Origin: a candidate division WWE3 bacterium
Lineage (GTDB): Bacteria; Patescibacteriota; WWE3; UBA101185; UBA10185
Direction of reading: 5' to 3'
NCBI GenBank assembly: GCA_052035175.1
Contig: JBPOHV010000001.1
Span: 169,569 to 233,568 of the forward strand
Length of the DNA: 64,000 nucleotides
Positions within the stretch are counted from its first letter, which is position 1, and each line of letters begins with the position of its first letter. Under the pieces are notes generated by a model. The model searched no databases and was not told where the DNA came from. It saw only the letters and a list, made by a program, of their open reading frames with translations. This document shows positions 1 through 10,191 of this stretch, in pieces. The position numbers and the translations under genes were made by a program.

Positions 1-21
1 TCTGGTGCGAGTAAATCTAAG

Positions 22-450
22 TTGGAATACTACATTGTTGCTGAAGATCAAAACTTTGTGCCGAAAGATTACCCGTCGAACATTAATATCCATTTTCATC
101 CATTTGCTAAGCTTATCAAAGGTTTAAATAACACAATTGTCTACATAACTCCTCCCGAATTGGAAGGTCCATTAAAAAAGATTACTTCGAACTCTACAAA
201 GAAAGCAATGATGATTTTGATGGGATTACCCATCAGAGATAAAACTATTTCGCAAGATAATTTTGATTATCTTTTGAACGCACGGGCTTCGATAGAAATA
301 TCTCATCTTGGTGAACTTATGGCCGAAATGAGTCATTTAATTTCGAAACTAATTGATGAAGGTATACAAGAGTATAAGACAGGAAAAATAAATTTATCCG
401 ATTTTGATTATACGAAAGCTATATTAAAGCGTGATAGCAATAATTTATGA
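22..450 (+). CDS. hypothetical protein
   Basis: Clean 142-aa ORF with no recognisable motif. Confidence 0.35.
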   Translation: MEYYIVAEDQNFVPKDYPSNINIHFHPFAKLIKGLNNTIVYITPPELEGPLKKITSNSTKKAMMILMGLPIRDKTISQDNFDYLLNARASIEISHLGELMAEMSHLISKLIDEGIQEYKTGKINLSDFDYTKAILKRDSNNL

Positions 451-503
451 ATAGCCAATATTTACACGAAGTGGCGGTGTTAGGCGGTAAATTGGAAACA
501 CGC

Positions 504-1184
504 TTAATTTTTTGGTAACAGGCTTAACAACTTTGCTGCACGTTTTGGGTCGCCTCGGCCTACAGGAAAATAACAAGGAATAATTTTGAAACTTTTATCT
601 TTTATATTTAGCGGAAATGTTTCTAGAATATTTTGTTGCATACATTTTTCAAAATAATCTTTGAGTTTGATTTGTTCATTGGTCAATGCATTAAATGGTA
701 TTAGTCCAAAAGTCACGATGTATTTTGGATTAACGATTTCGATTTCACGTAAAAGAATTGGTAAAAAAGTTTTAACTTTGTGCGTATCAGGCAAGTCGCC
801 ATTTTCTCCTGTCCACTTTACAATATTTGTAAAATAGAAATCACGGTCTTCTAAATGTTTATAAACTTTATCTGCAAAATCAACATCCCAGACTTTCTTT
901 TTTGAAATCTCGTATAGTAAAGCATTATCAAAATGTCCAGCATTGTTAAATATTTTCCAAATATATTTTGTACCTGTCCATGGTCTACGCTTGCCTTCCC
1001 AAGCTGGATCAGAAGAAATATTTTTGTGTGTAGGATTTATAAAAACAAACATGAACTTTGGACTTTGCAATTTCCCTCCTGCCAGAATGGGGGAGAGTTT
1101 GTTTTGTGGGAAAAGTGAATCGTGTAATTCTTTTGTATATTCCCAAAGTTCTTCTAATGTGTTTACGGCTGAAAGTTCTTTCAT
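504..1184 (-). CDS. uracil-DNA glycosylase superfamily protein (divergent family-4-like)
   Basis: Has 'FVFINPT' (motif-A position), 'YFTNIVKW' (cf. family-4 'TNVVKC') and a C-terminal 'FPVGRG' loop. Motifs are divergent, so this is a tentative call. Confidence 0.4.
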   Translation of the reverse strand: MKELSAVNTLEELWEYTKELHDSLFPQNKLSPILAGGKLQSPKFMFVFINPTHKNISSDPAWEGKRRPWTGTKYIWKIFNNAGHFDNALLYEISKKKVWDVDFADKVYKHLEDRDFYFTNIVKWTGENGDLPDTHKVKTFLPILLREIEIVNPKYIVTFGLIPFNALTNEQIKLKDYFEKCMQQNILETFPLNIKDKSFKIIPCYFPVGRGDPKRAAKLLSLLPKN

Positions 1185-1213
1185 ATAAATGTAAATATAT
1201 CATTTAGAAAATA

Positions 1214-1262
1214 GTCAAAAAAGAAGGTTCCCCCTGATTTCAGATAAACTGATCTCAGGGGG
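1214..1262 (-). terminator. rho-independent terminator downstream of the 1327..2124 gene
   Basis: Inverted repeat CCCCCTGA(1230-1237)/TCAGGGGG(1255-1262), followed on the minus strand by the T-tract TTCTTTTTTG. Confidence 0.5.
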
Positions 1263-1326
1263 TTCCAACTCCCAAATTGTAATCGCGATTAATTAATTAT
1301 TCTGAGCATGCCTGCGAAGAACCTCT

Positions 1327-2124
1327 TCACTTTTGACACAGAAAAAGCATGCGTCCAGATTGTTCTCCAAATGATGCTCGATCAAACGAGCCCCACTTTT
1401 CTACAATATTAAACCCAGCTTTTTCAAGCAAAAGTTCCCATTCGCCTGGGAATACAACGCGGATCTCAAAAGGTGACCAGTAAGTATTAAGTAACTTTCG
1501 GTCTCCTTTTGACTCAAAAATCTGATAAATCCAAGTTGCAGTCACCAACTGTTGATGTGGTATATATCCAAATGATCCGCTACGGATCAAAGTGATACCT
1601 TCTTCTTCAATTGCCATGACCTTTTCCATATCTATCCAAGACGGCCCCATATTTCTTGCAAGTCGCTCGACATTTGGCAGAAAGATATCGGCCATGAAAT
1701 ATCCGCCAGCTTTAAGATGCTTGTAAGCATTGGTTAAGGCTGCAAGTTGGTCTTGCGGTGTAGTCATATGCATAAAACTGTTGAATGGAATCAAAGCCAA
1801 ATCAAATTGGCTATGTCCAACGGTAACATTCCGCATATCGCCGTCTATCAATTGCAGGCGCTCTTGCACGTCCATCGGCAAAAGACTGGCTTTTTGTCTT
1901 GCGATATTCAACATCGCCGGTGTGATGTCTACACCTGTAACGTTAAAACCAGCATTTACTAATGGTAATGTAATGCGCCCAGTTCCAGCACAAAACTCTA
2001 GAATTTTGCCATTTGGAGCAAAGTCTTTTGCGAGGCCGACATTAAACTCAATGTCAGCTGTCAGGTCGCGGTATTCATAATCGTAATGTGGTGCATTACG
2101 ATAGTGATCTTGAATTGTGGTCAT
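1327..2124 (-). CDS. class I SAM-dependent methyltransferase
   Basis: 'ILEFCAGTGRITLPL' glycine-rich SAM-binding motif I, then acidic-loop motifs. Confidence 0.7.
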   Translation of the reverse strand: MTTIQDHYRNAPHYDYEYRDLTADIEFNVGLAKDFAPNGKILEFCAGTGRITLPLVNAGFNVTGVDITPAMLNIARQKASLLPMDVQERLQLIDGDMRNVTVGHSQFDLALIPFNSFMHMTTPQDQLAALTNAYKHLKAGGYFMADIFLPNVERLARNMGPSWIDMEKVMAIEEEGITLIRSGSFGYIPHQQLVTATWIYQIFESKGDRKLLNTYWSPFEIRVVFPGEWELLLEKAGFNIVEKWGSFDRASFGEQSGRMLFLCQK

Positions 2125-2408
2125 TGTGATCTCCTATTAAATTTTATTGTGCGATTCCAACTTTGGGAGTTGGTGACCGCACGTTAGGAGAATACTTATA
2201 GTTTAAAATCTGAGTTTAAAAAAGCGTATTTACATAAAAAGCAATCATCAGCTACCAAAATAGGCAATATTTTAGCTGCACCTTTTTCACAAGGCTGATT
2301 AGAGATATTTAACTTTTGGTTATGTTTGTAACTGCTTATTAACATGGGCGTATTATATGCTATAGGTCCTCATACTGCAAGGATGTATGTGGGGGTATAA
2401 TTCATTTA

Positions 2409-2867
2409 ATGTCTGATCACGTTGCTATATTAAGAAAATCAAATATAAAATCCAAAGATAACTTGTTGGGAGACATTTTGGCAGGTACGAAAACAATTGA
2501 ATCCAGATGGTATGTGAATAAAGTAGCTCCTTGGGGCAAAGTGTTTGCAGGCGATACTGTTTATTTCAAAGAATCAGGGCAGCCTGTCACAGCTAGTGCG
2601 CTTGTTTCAAAAGTATTGCAATTTGAAGATTTAAATAGGCAGGCAATATTAGAAATAATTGATGCATACGGTACACAAATTGCACCTAATACATCGCGTG
2701 AAGAGTTTATAAGTTGGACTAGTACCAAACCAAAAATCAAATATTGCATTCTAGTCTTTTTAAAAGATGTAAAAAAGCTACAGCCGTTTCAAATAAATAA
2801 AAAAGGTTTTGGCATTTCTAGCGCTTGGCTTGCAGTAGGAGATATAGAAAAAGTCAAAATATCTTAA
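2409..2867 (+). CDS. ASCH domain protein
   Basis: N-terminal 'HVAILRKSN...ILAGTKTIESRW' pattern typical of the ASCH/PUA-like fold; ~150 aa. Confidence 0.5.
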   Translation: MSDHVAILRKSNIKSKDNLLGDILAGTKTIESRWYVNKVAPWGKVFAGDTVYFKESGQPVTASALVSKVLQFEDLNRQAILEIIDAYGTQIAPNTSREEFISWTSTKPKIKYCILVFLKDVKKLQPFQINKKGFGISSAWLAVGDIEKVKIS

Positions 2868-3574
2868 CCTGCTGCATTAGTCCATCTACCAGAGTTTATT
2901 GGCAGATAAGCTCCAGCAATGCTTCGGGTTTCCAAAAGTAGAAATGCAAGCTTTGATACTTCATCTGTAGAAACAGGTTGCTTTGTTGGAATGCGATTTA
3001 AAATATCAGGTCTGTTTGCAATTGCTTCTTTACCCATCGGTGTATCCATCAACCCCGGGCCAATTATATTTATACATATGCCATCTTTTGTATATTCTCT
3101 CGATAAACCTGATAGTGCACTTTCGGTTGCGCTTTTTGCACTGTGGTAGAGAATTTCATGTGGGGATGTTGTGCGCGTGGCGACTGAGCTTATATAAACA
3201 ATATTGCCTTTGTGATTTCTTTTTAGCCAACTAGAGATCAGCTTTTGTGCGATTGAAATGCTCGATATGCAATTTACTCTCATAGATTCGCAAAACAAAG
3301 CGATATCCAGGTCGAGCGGGTTTGTATTGTACATTTGTCCATGGCAAATTATTGCGCTGTCTATGGTTGTATAATCAATTTCTAGTGTTGGATCATCTGT
3401 GAAGTCTTTTTTTACGATTATTAAGCTTTTTTCTGGTAGAGTTTCATTTATAAGATTGTGCGCATTATGCGTGTTTACTTGGGCAGTTATTTGATATCCT
3501 TTTTTAAACGCGTGCTCAAGTAATATTGTTCCTAAACCTCCACTTGCTCCTGTTATTAATATTCTTTTTTCCAT
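2864..3574 (-). CDS. SDR family NAD(P)-dependent oxidoreductase
   Basis: 'ITGASGGLG' (TGxxxGxG) cofactor motif and 'YHSAKSA' (YxxxK) catalytic motif. Confidence 0.75.
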   Translation of the reverse strand: MEKRILITGASGGLGTILLEHAFKKGYQITAQVNTHNAHNLINETLPEKSLIIVKKDFTDDPTLEIDYTTIDSAIICHGQMYNTNPLDLDIALFCESMRVNCISSISIAQKLISSWLKRNHKGNIVYISSVATRTTSPHEILYHSAKSATESALSGLSREYTKDGICINIIGPGLMDTPMGKEAIANRPDILNRIPTKQPVSTDEVSKLAFLLLETRSIAGAYLPINSGRWTNAAG

Positions 3575-3654
3575 ATTTACTGGGCTAATTAGAGTAAATC
3601 ATATTTTGCTGATTTCTCATAGACCCAGATCTATATGTGTGTTTTCTTTGGATT

Positions 3655-4341
3655 CTATATGACAGCGTTTTTGATGAATTCAAGTTCTTTTTGTACTTCA
3701 TCCCAATCGTCGCAAACGCTTTCTATTATTATTGGGTAGTGTTTCCATGATTTGAGCGCATTAATTAGTGCGGGTTGTATTGTCTTGTGGATGGGGTGGT
3801 GAAGGAATTGATTGTGATACCCGCTGAAATGTATCTGATTTATTTGTGAAAATTTTTTGAATTCATTTGCAAGCAACATATCTTTGTCGTGTGTGTATAC
3901 ATGTTGTAAGTCTAATACCATGTTACATTTCATTTTTCCAAACAGATTTTCGAAAAAGTCTGGTCTGTGTCCTGCTATTTTTAATTCATCCATATTTTCT
4001 ATCGCCCAAGGCACTTTACATTCCAAGATAGTATCCCAGTCGGTTATATTGTCAGGGTGCAAAACTATATTGTTAGGTTTTAATATTTCGACTATTTCTA
4101 TTAATGTATTGAATATCTCATTACCTTTTGCATAGCTTTCTTTTGGTGGTGTATGAATAGAAACAAATTCAAATTTTTTGGTTACTTCACGACTTATGTT
4201 TTTAAGCTTTTGCAATTGTTGGTTATCGTGTGCGTGAATCTCGACAGCATTTGCCCCAATGTCTAAATATTTTAATAGTGTTTCGTTTGTAAGGCTATCT
4301 ACAAACTTATATGAGCATCCTGTACTGAAACCAAGGATCAT
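3655..4341 (-). CDS. xylose-isomerase-like TIM-barrel / sugar phosphate isomerase-epimerase family protein
   Basis: Alternating beta/alpha pattern with conserved acidic/His positions ('VEIHAH', 'VLHPD', 'AIENM') reminiscent of AP-endonuclease-2/xylose-isomerase-like barrels. Start moved to the internal Met 'MILGFSTG'. Confidence 0.35.
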   Translation of the reverse strand: MILGFSTGCSYKFVDSLTNETLLKYLDIGANAVEIHAHDNQQLQKLKNISREVTKKFEFVSIHTPPKESYAKGNEIFNTLIEIVEILKPNNIVLHPDNITDWDTILECKVPWAIENMDELKIAGHRPDFFENLFGKMKCNMVLDLQHVYTHDKDMLLANEFKKFSQINQIHFSGYHNQFLHHPIHKTIQPALINALKSWKHYPIIIESVCDDWDEVQKELEFIKNAVI

Positions 4342-4445
4342 TTCACTATTATACACGCGTTGTGTACATTTGACCCAGCGCACTATAGGGTGTATAATCC
4401 TGCTGATTCTAGTTTAGTAATATTTTCTGCCTGATTGGAGTATTT

Positions 4446-5279
4446 ATGAAATCATTTATTTCCTTTATCGTAATAGTATTTCTTTTTAGTCTCAACACAG
4501 CGATCTTTGCAGCGGTTCCACAATTACCTTCTGATAATTTATTAAAAAATCCATGGTTTAGAGACAGCTTGAATAAACCTAGTTTGCAAGATTGGGTAGA
4601 TGCTACAGGTCCTTTGGGGCATTGGGTAGCTTCTGATAAACCTGGTAATCCTTCACCTGATAATGCTGTTGGTACTTCAGCTAGAATTTCTGTTGGTGAA
4701 GAGGGTGGTTTGGCAGCAACTATTCCTGTAAATTATCCTGCTTATTTGTATCAAGTTGTGCCAGCAGATCCATCAAAGAAAACTTTAAAGTTTGATATGT
4801 ATTGGGTTACTCATACAGTAAAACCTGTTACCGTGACTGTATATGGCAGTAATTCTGCAAATGGCCCTTGGACACAAGTTTGGGTACCGTTTAACAAAAC
4901 TTTCACACAAGCCTATGTGCCACCTGCTGGGTCTGGTCCAGCCAATGCCTATCTTTGGAATTACTATTCCAATATGACCGACATGGTTTCAACTACGATA
5001 TCAACAGGCTATCCATATTATAAATTACAAGTCTATGCAGTTTTGCCAGATGAGGCCGGTGGGTTAAAACTAACTGGTATGTATTTTGCGAATGGTAGCG
5101 CGCCAATAGTTCCAAATCCTGATCCAGACCCAGATCCTATTCCAGTACCTGATCCTATAAGACCAGGTGATACTGATCCTAGACCTACAACTGGTGGGCA
5201 TAGCGGTTCACACAATAAACGTTCTGGTGAGACTTTGATTCGCAAAGTTTCTCAAGCTATACGAACTTTTGTTAAATAA
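4446..5279 (+). CDS. secreted hypothetical protein with Pro/Asp repeat linker
   Basis: N-terminal signal peptide (MKSFISFIVIVFLFSLNTAIFAA). C-terminal 'PDPDPDPIPVPDPIRPGDTDPRP' low-complexity linker. Confidence 0.5.
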   Translation: MKSFISFIVIVFLFSLNTAIFAAVPQLPSDNLLKNPWFRDSLNKPSLQDWVDATGPLGHWVASDKPGNPSPDNAVGTSARISVGEEGGLAATIPVNYPAYLYQVVPADPSKKTLKFDMYWVTHTVKPVTVTVYGSNSANGPWTQVWVPFNKTFTQAYVPPAGSGPANAYLWNYYSNMTDMVSTTISTGYPYYKLQVYAVLPDEAGGLKLTGMYFANGSAPIVPNPDPDPDPIPVPDPIRPGDTDPRPTTGGHSGSHNKRSGETLIRKVSQAIRTFVK

Positions 5280-5286
5280 CTTTTCT

Positions 5287-5313
5287 GGGCTTCCTGGCGA
5301 TGCCAGGAAGCCC
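5287..5313 (+). terminator. stem-loop downstream of secreted-protein gene
   Basis: Perfect inverted repeat GGGCTTCCTGGC/GCCAGGAAGCCC with a 3-nt loop. No clear U-tract. Confidence 0.35.
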
Positions 5314-5350
5314 ATCAAACATACCTTGCTTCTAGTGGTAAAATCCATGC

Positions 5351-5845
5351 ATGGTTGAATACCACAAAACAGTTTCACAAATAAAAGATTTATTAATTCA
5401 AAATAATGCTTGGTTCGAGGTATTTGAGCATGAGCCTGTACGTACTAGTGCAGAAGCTGCTCTTGTGCGTACTGGGTATACACTTGATCAAGGAGCGAAA
5501 GCTTTATTGATAGAAGTTCTTTATAAACTCACAAAAGAAAAAGAAATATTGATGTGTGTGATACCTGGCAGTGCCAGATTACACAATAGTAAATTAAAAC
5601 AAATTCTCAATATCAAAGAATATCGATTTGTTTCTGAAGATCAAGTAAAAGAAATTACTTCTGGTGTTGAGCCTGGTGGTGTACCTCCATTTGGAAATCT
5701 TTTTGGGTTGAAGGTGTTTGTTGATAAAACTTTACTTGAAAATGACAAAATGATTTTTAATGCTGGTGACAAAAGATTTTCTATTGCTATGACGACAGCC
5801 GATTACAAAGATATTGTTAAGCCTCAAGTTGTGGATATTATTTAG
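5351..5845 (+). CDS. YbaK/ProX-type aminoacyl-tRNA deacylase domain protein
   Basis: 'GAKALLIEV', 'GVEPGGVPPFG' and 'FNAGDKRFSI' motifs are characteristic of YbaK/ProX deacylases. Confidence 0.6.
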   Translation: MVEYHKTVSQIKDLLIQNNAWFEVFEHEPVRTSAEAALVRTGYTLDQGAKALLIEVLYKLTKEKEILMCVIPGSARLHNSKLKQILNIKEYRFVSEDQVKEITSGVEPGGVPPFGNLFGLKVFVDKTLLENDKMIFNAGDKRFSIAMTTADYKDIVKPQVVDII

Positions 5846-5849
5846 TCAC

Positions 5850-5925
5850 CGGAGTGTGGCGCAGTTGGTAGCGCGCAGCGTTCGGGACGCTGAGGCCGTG
5901 CGTTCGAGTCGCACCACTCCGACCA
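5850..5925 (+). tRNA. tRNA-Pro (anticodon CGG)
   Basis: 76-nt cloverleaf. Acceptor CGGAGTG/CACTCCG, anticodon stem CAGCG/CGCTG with loop TTCGGGA, T-arm GTGCG-TTCGAGT-CGCAC, encoded CCA. Confidence 0.85.
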
Positions 5926-5963
5926 GATAGCAGACACATTTTTGAAAAAAATCACTCTTCATG

Positions 5964-6695
5964 TCAAAACTTTTGAAAAACGAGTATCGAGTAATTGGGA
6001 AGTCTTAGCATTTTTTGTAAAAATGGACCCCCAATCCCTGTTGCATCTTCAACCGGTTTGCACTCGTCCAAATATACTAAATGCATAGATGACGCCATAC
6101 AGACAGTTAAATAATCGCTCAATTGCCAATGATAATCTTCAAATGTAAATTTCACCCCTTCAATTTCTCGATGCACAACATATTTGGTAGGGGAAGCATA
6201 ATATCCTTTGAACTCAGTCTCAACATCTTCTCTATCAAAAAGCATCTTTTGCATGTATCCATCAAAACATGGGTTCATAATTGTAGCTATGAAATATCCA
6301 TTTTGCTTTAGAACACGGGCAACTTCAGTAAAAATACCTTTAAAAGTTTTGAAGTTACTCACAGAAGGGAAAAGCATGTTTGATATTACGAAATCGAAAT
6401 CTTTACCCACTTCTGCAGGAAACTGACTTCCATTGCCTACTACAAAATTCCCTGTAGGATTTTTCACTAGTGCCTGAGCAATCATATCGGAAGAGATATC
6501 CATGCCTGTGTAATTAAAGCCACCAGACTCAAAAAACATTGAATAGAGAACACCATCCCCACAACCTAAATCAAGCACTTTTTTAGATTGTAACGATAAA
6601 TTTTTTATAATCCTGTCTATAGCAGGAAATAAACGCACATACTTGTCAGGGGGTTGTCGATAGTTCTTTGCATTTTTTCCATAGTATTCCTGCAT
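5964..6695 (-). CDS. class I SAM-dependent methyltransferase
   Basis: 'VLDLGCGDGVL' motif I. Confidence 0.65.
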   Translation of the reverse strand: MQEYYGKNAKNYRQPPDKYVRLFPAIDRIIKNLSLQSKKVLDLGCGDGVLYSMFFESGGFNYTGMDISSDMIAQALVKNPTGNFVVGNGSQFPAEVGKDFDFVISNMLFPSVSNFKTFKGIFTEVARVLKQNGYFIATIMNPCFDGYMQKMLFDREDVETEFKGYYASPTKYVVHREIEGVKFTFEDYHWQLSDYLTVCMASSMHLVYLDECKPVEDATGIGGPFLQKMLRLPNYSILVFQKF

Positions 6696-6764
6696 ATACT
6701 TATAATTATAAATACAAATTGGAGGATTAACAAAACTGGTAATAGCAGCTGATATAATTTCATT

Positions 6765-7418
6765 ATGTTACCGGTCGATCTCGTCCAAGAATATTTATTA
6801 ATCGCTAAACATACAAAACGTAAACATGCAAAGATTGCACCGCCGCAATCTTGGTGTGTAGGGGATAAAGGTCATATAATTATCATTCCCGGTTGGCATG
6901 GATCTTACCATTCGCTTTTCACACTAGCAGATGCGCTAAATAAAGAAGGTTTTTGTATCCATACGCTTCAAAATGTTCATACAACAGATAAAATTTCAGC
7001 TATGGCCGAAGCGTTATATCAGATGATCATCTCTTTGCCGAAAGGCGAGGTAACATTAATAGCTCACAGTAAAGGAGGAATTGTAGAAAAATATTTGTTA
7101 GACAATTTTCCTGATATTGTGTCAAGTGTGAAAAATATAATTTCAATCGCAACGCCATTTAAAGGTACTGTGTTTGGTAATTTGAAATTTCACAATGTCG
7201 AGGAGTTAAAACCAGACTCTGACATCATTAAAAATTTAAAAAGAGAACGTATATACACAAATTATTATAATTTTTATCCAACGTGGGATAATCATGTGTT
7301 GCCAAATGAGAGTTTGCTTTTGGAAGGCGCGCACAATATCCAAATAAATATAAATGGCCATACACGTGTGTTAGAATCGCCAGAGCTTATAGACAAAATA
7401 AAAGCGGTTTTAGCTTAG
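6765..7418 (+). CDS. alpha/beta hydrolase (lipase/esterase-like)
   Basis: Nucleophile elbow 'AHSKGG' (GxSxG-like) in an alpha/beta-fold context. Confidence 0.5.
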   Translation: MLPVDLVQEYLLIAKHTKRKHAKIAPPQSWCVGDKGHIIIIPGWHGSYHSLFTLADALNKEGFCIHTLQNVHTTDKISAMAEALYQMIISLPKGEVTLIAHSKGGIVEKYLLDNFPDIVSSVKNIISIATPFKGTVFGNLKFHNVEELKPDSDIIKNLKRERIYTNYYNFYPTWDNHVLPNESLLLEGAHNIQININGHTRVLESPELIDKIKAVLA

Positions 7419-7425
7419 TGATAAA

Positions 7426-7845
7426 ATGAGATTGATGATCAAGAAAAAAGCAATAATATTCTATTCCTTGGTTACCATAGTGACCTTACTGTCGTGGAAG
7501 TTTGGATTCTTTGCAGATAGTTTGTTCACTGTTATATACATATCTGGTTGGGTTATGGTATTTAGACTTTCGTTTTCACAACACCCTTTTGCCAGGTCAG
7601 ATAGCAGAACTCAATTTAAGAGGCGTGATTCGGTTTTATTGCTAAAACGTATTCTTACATCCTATATAAGCTATTATGTGCTTTTAACTGGTGTAATTTT
7701 TATATTAAATCGGCCAGCTTTTGAATGGTCTGTCATATTCTCATTTGGATTCTTTTTACTAGTAACCTTGCATGTAACTGTATTCTGGCTGGTCTTTCTT
7801 ATTATCAAAGCTATTTTACAGACTATTAAAAACGATTGGTCATAA
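7426..7845 (+). CDS. membrane protein, unknown function
   Basis: Four predicted hydrophobic helices. Lies immediately upstream of the sugar transferase, separated by a 1-nt gap. Confidence 0.35.
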   Translation: MRLMIKKKAIIFYSLVTIVTLLSWKFGFFADSLFTVIYISGWVMVFRLSFSQHPFARSDSRTQFKRRDSVLLLKRILTSYISYYVLLTGVIFILNRPAFEWSVIFSFGFFLLVTLHVTVFWLVFLIIKAILQTIKNDWS

Positions 7846-7846
7846 A

Positions 7847-8491
7847 ATGTTAATAAACATACTTATCGCAATTTTACTTTTACCATTTGTTCTAAAGCTA
7901 TCTTTTATAGTTTCGCTAATAATATTGCTTGTCGACAAGTATAGCCCATTTTGGATAACAACTCGTGTAGGTCAAGCTGGTAAAGAATTTAAAATAATAA
8001 AGTTTCAAACATTAAAACCACCCAAGAATGTCAACGAAATAAGTAATAAAGTAAATGATCAAACTCGTCTTACGCCATTGGGTGTATTTATACGAGATCA
8101 TGGTATTGATGAGTTGCTACAAATATTCAATGTTTTTACAGGAGACATGTACTTGATTGGACCACGCCCATTTGAACCATCTGATTGGCAGCGCATCTAT
8201 AATACTAACCCAGAATTAAAAGATGAAATTGATATATGGAAAAAAGCGCGTGAACAAATAAAACCTGGTATAACAGGTTGGGCACAAATACATTCTCGCG
8301 GACCACATATATTGACATTAGATAACGAGTTTCTTGCTGATCCTAACGTGTATAAAATTTTGAAAATTGTTATTTGTACTTTATTGATATTTATTCTTGG
8401 TAAAGAATTGTATTTTAAGACATTTTTTACACCAGAAGTTGCAAACGAGATGAATAATCCTTTGGTGAATGTATATGATAATTTGCTTTAA
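7847..8491 (+). CDS. PglC/WbaP-type phosphoglycosyl transferase (bacterial sugar transferase)
   Basis: N-terminal re-entrant helix, then the hallmark 'DELLQIFNVFTGDMYLIGPRP' motif. Confidence 0.7.
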   Translation: MLINILIAILLLPFVLKLSFIVSLIILLVDKYSPFWITTRVGQAGKEFKIIKFQTLKPPKNVNEISNKVNDQTRLTPLGVFIRDHGIDELLQIFNVFTGDMYLIGPRPFEPSDWQRIYNTNPELKDEIDIWKKAREQIKPGITGWAQIHSRGPHILTLDNEFLADPNVYKILKIVICTLLIFILGKELYFKTFFTPEVANEMNNPLVNVYDNLL

Positions 8492-8527
8492 TATCAGACT
8501 TTAGTATCAAATGTTAAAATTAGACAA

Positions 8528-9076
8528 ATGAATTTATACGACACACTAGAACAACCTCAAACTAATGAAGAAAAGTTCACAGAGCTTTATCATCGATATC
8601 AAGTATTGCATCAGCAAGAAAAAACACAGTTACTAGTGGGATATTCCGATTTACCGGAAACAGAAAATGAATATCGAGACCAACAGCATTTATCAGAAAT
8701 AACCAGACCAGTTCTGCAAGAGAAATATGAGCTTAGTGAATTAGAGTTTACGCATCTTGAAGAGTTTTTTACTTCAGGTGGCTTTATGCGAGTTGAGCTA
8801 TTGGATCATACTATTCTTATGTACAACGAAGAGGTTATGAACGCAGATGTACCAGACTTAGAAACTAAGTTTTTATCTTTAATAACTCGAGCATCTTTTT
8901 GGGTAGACATGTTTTATTTTGGATCAGATATTGGTCCGCATATAAGTGGTCCTAATGTTGCATCTGAACCAGAATTATTAGCTGCTGTACGTAGCTTGTC
9001 TCCTAAACAAATAGCACGCACAGGGTTTAAGAGTATGATGCAAGTTTTGGCAGCTGCTTACAAAGTAGAACATTAA
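8528..9076 (+). CDS. hypothetical protein
   Basis: Acidic 182-aa ORF, no motif. Confidence 0.35.
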   Translation: MNLYDTLEQPQTNEEKFTELYHRYQVLHQQEKTQLLVGYSDLPETENEYRDQQHLSEITRPVLQEKYELSELEFTHLEEFFTSGGFMRVELLDHTILMYNEEVMNADVPDLETKFLSLITRASFWVDMFYFGSDIGPHISGPNVASEPELLAAVRSLSPKQIARTGFKSMMQVLAAAYKVEH

Positions 9077-9083
9077 AGCCGAG

Positions 9084-9308
9084 GTGTATAATAGCTATAT
9101 GAAGTATATAGAAAAACTCAAAAGTTTGAATGAAAAGCAAAAGCATTTATATAATGCAGTTTTTATGTTTTGGCTAGTAGTTATGTATTTGATGTTTATG
9201 GTTGGTGATCTAATTTTTAATAGTAGTACCAGTATGAGTCCATTTTTTGTCGTTGCATTCTTTTTTATTGGTACATTTTACCTTTATAAATATTTTGTTA
9301 CCGACTAA
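9084..9308 (+). CDS. small membrane protein
   Basis: 74 aa with two hydrophobic helices. Confidence 0.3.
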   Translation: MYNSYMKYIEKLKSLNEKQKHLYNAVFMFWLVVMYLMFMVGDLIFNSSTSMSPFFVVAFFFIGTFYLYKYFVTD

Positions 9309-9314
9309 GCATAG

Positions 9315-10178
9315 ATGCCAGAAGGTCCAGAAGTCAGAACATTAGTCGACGAATTAAATCAAAAAGTTGTTGGCAAGAAAATACAAAGCATTATATTTGC
9401 AAGTACAGCAGATAAGTTAATTGCAAATCTACCACAACAAGACTTCATAAACTTATTTACTTCACAAACAATTTCACAAGTACAGCGTCATGGAAAATAT
9501 ATTGATTTCAAATTCAGCAATGACTTTCATGTAATTTTGCACTTGTTAATTACAGGTCGCTTATCTTTATTAATGTCAGATGATACAAATTACCCACGCT
9601 ATTTTAGATGTGCTTTTGTATTTGAAGATGGTACAAAATTATGTCTGGGTGATCGTAGACAATGGACAAAGCTGCATGTTGTGCAAGATATCGAAATAGA
9701 AACCTATGAGCGTTTCGCAAGCCAAGGTGTCGATGTTTTTTCAGATGAATTTGATGAAGCAATACTGTCTCAAATTTTAAAAAAGTCACAAGCTATTCAT
9801 GCGCTTTTGCTAGATCAGAAAAAGATTTCTGGTTTGGGTAATATTTATGTAAATGAAGTATTATTCTTGACCGGTATACATCCACAAGCAAAAGCGCAAT
9901 CTGTCATACGAGAAAAGATTTCAACTTTATATCAACATATAAAAGATATTATGCAATTGGCCTTTGATGAACGTGGTACTACAATAGAAGCTTTTTTAGA
10001 AAGAGATTCCGGTGCTGTTGGTTGGCATACACTCGATGGTAAACCTGGTAACTTTTGGAAACATGTAAAGATTTTTCAAAAAGAAGGAAAGCCTTGTCCA
10101 AATTGCGGAACACTTATTAAGCGTACAACTGTCGGAAGCAGAAGTGCTTTCTTTTGTGAAATCTGCCAACCACTTTGA
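9315..10178 (+). CDS. Fpg/Nei family DNA glycosylase/AP lyase
   Basis: N-terminal 'MPEGPEV' (catalytic Pro2/Glu3). C-terminal zinc finger 'CPNCG...x16...CEIC'. Confidence 0.8.
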   Translation: MPEGPEVRTLVDELNQKVVGKKIQSIIFASTADKLIANLPQQDFINLFTSQTISQVQRHGKYIDFKFSNDFHVILHLLITGRLSLLMSDDTNYPRYFRCAFVFEDGTKLCLGDRRQWTKLHVVQDIEIETYERFASQGVDVFSDEFDEAILSQILKKSQAIHALLLDQKKISGLGNIYVNEVLFLTGIHPQAKAQSVIREKISTLYQHIKDIMQLAFDERGTTIEAFLERDSGAVGWHTLDGKPGNFWKHVKIFQKEGKPCPNCGTLIKRTTVGSRSAFFCEICQPL

Positions 10179-10191
10179 CAAAAGAATTTTT

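Noticed and set aside
1730-2080. Plus-strand ORFs within the methyltransferase gene
   Set aside because: Embedded antisense in a gene with clear SAM-binding motifs.
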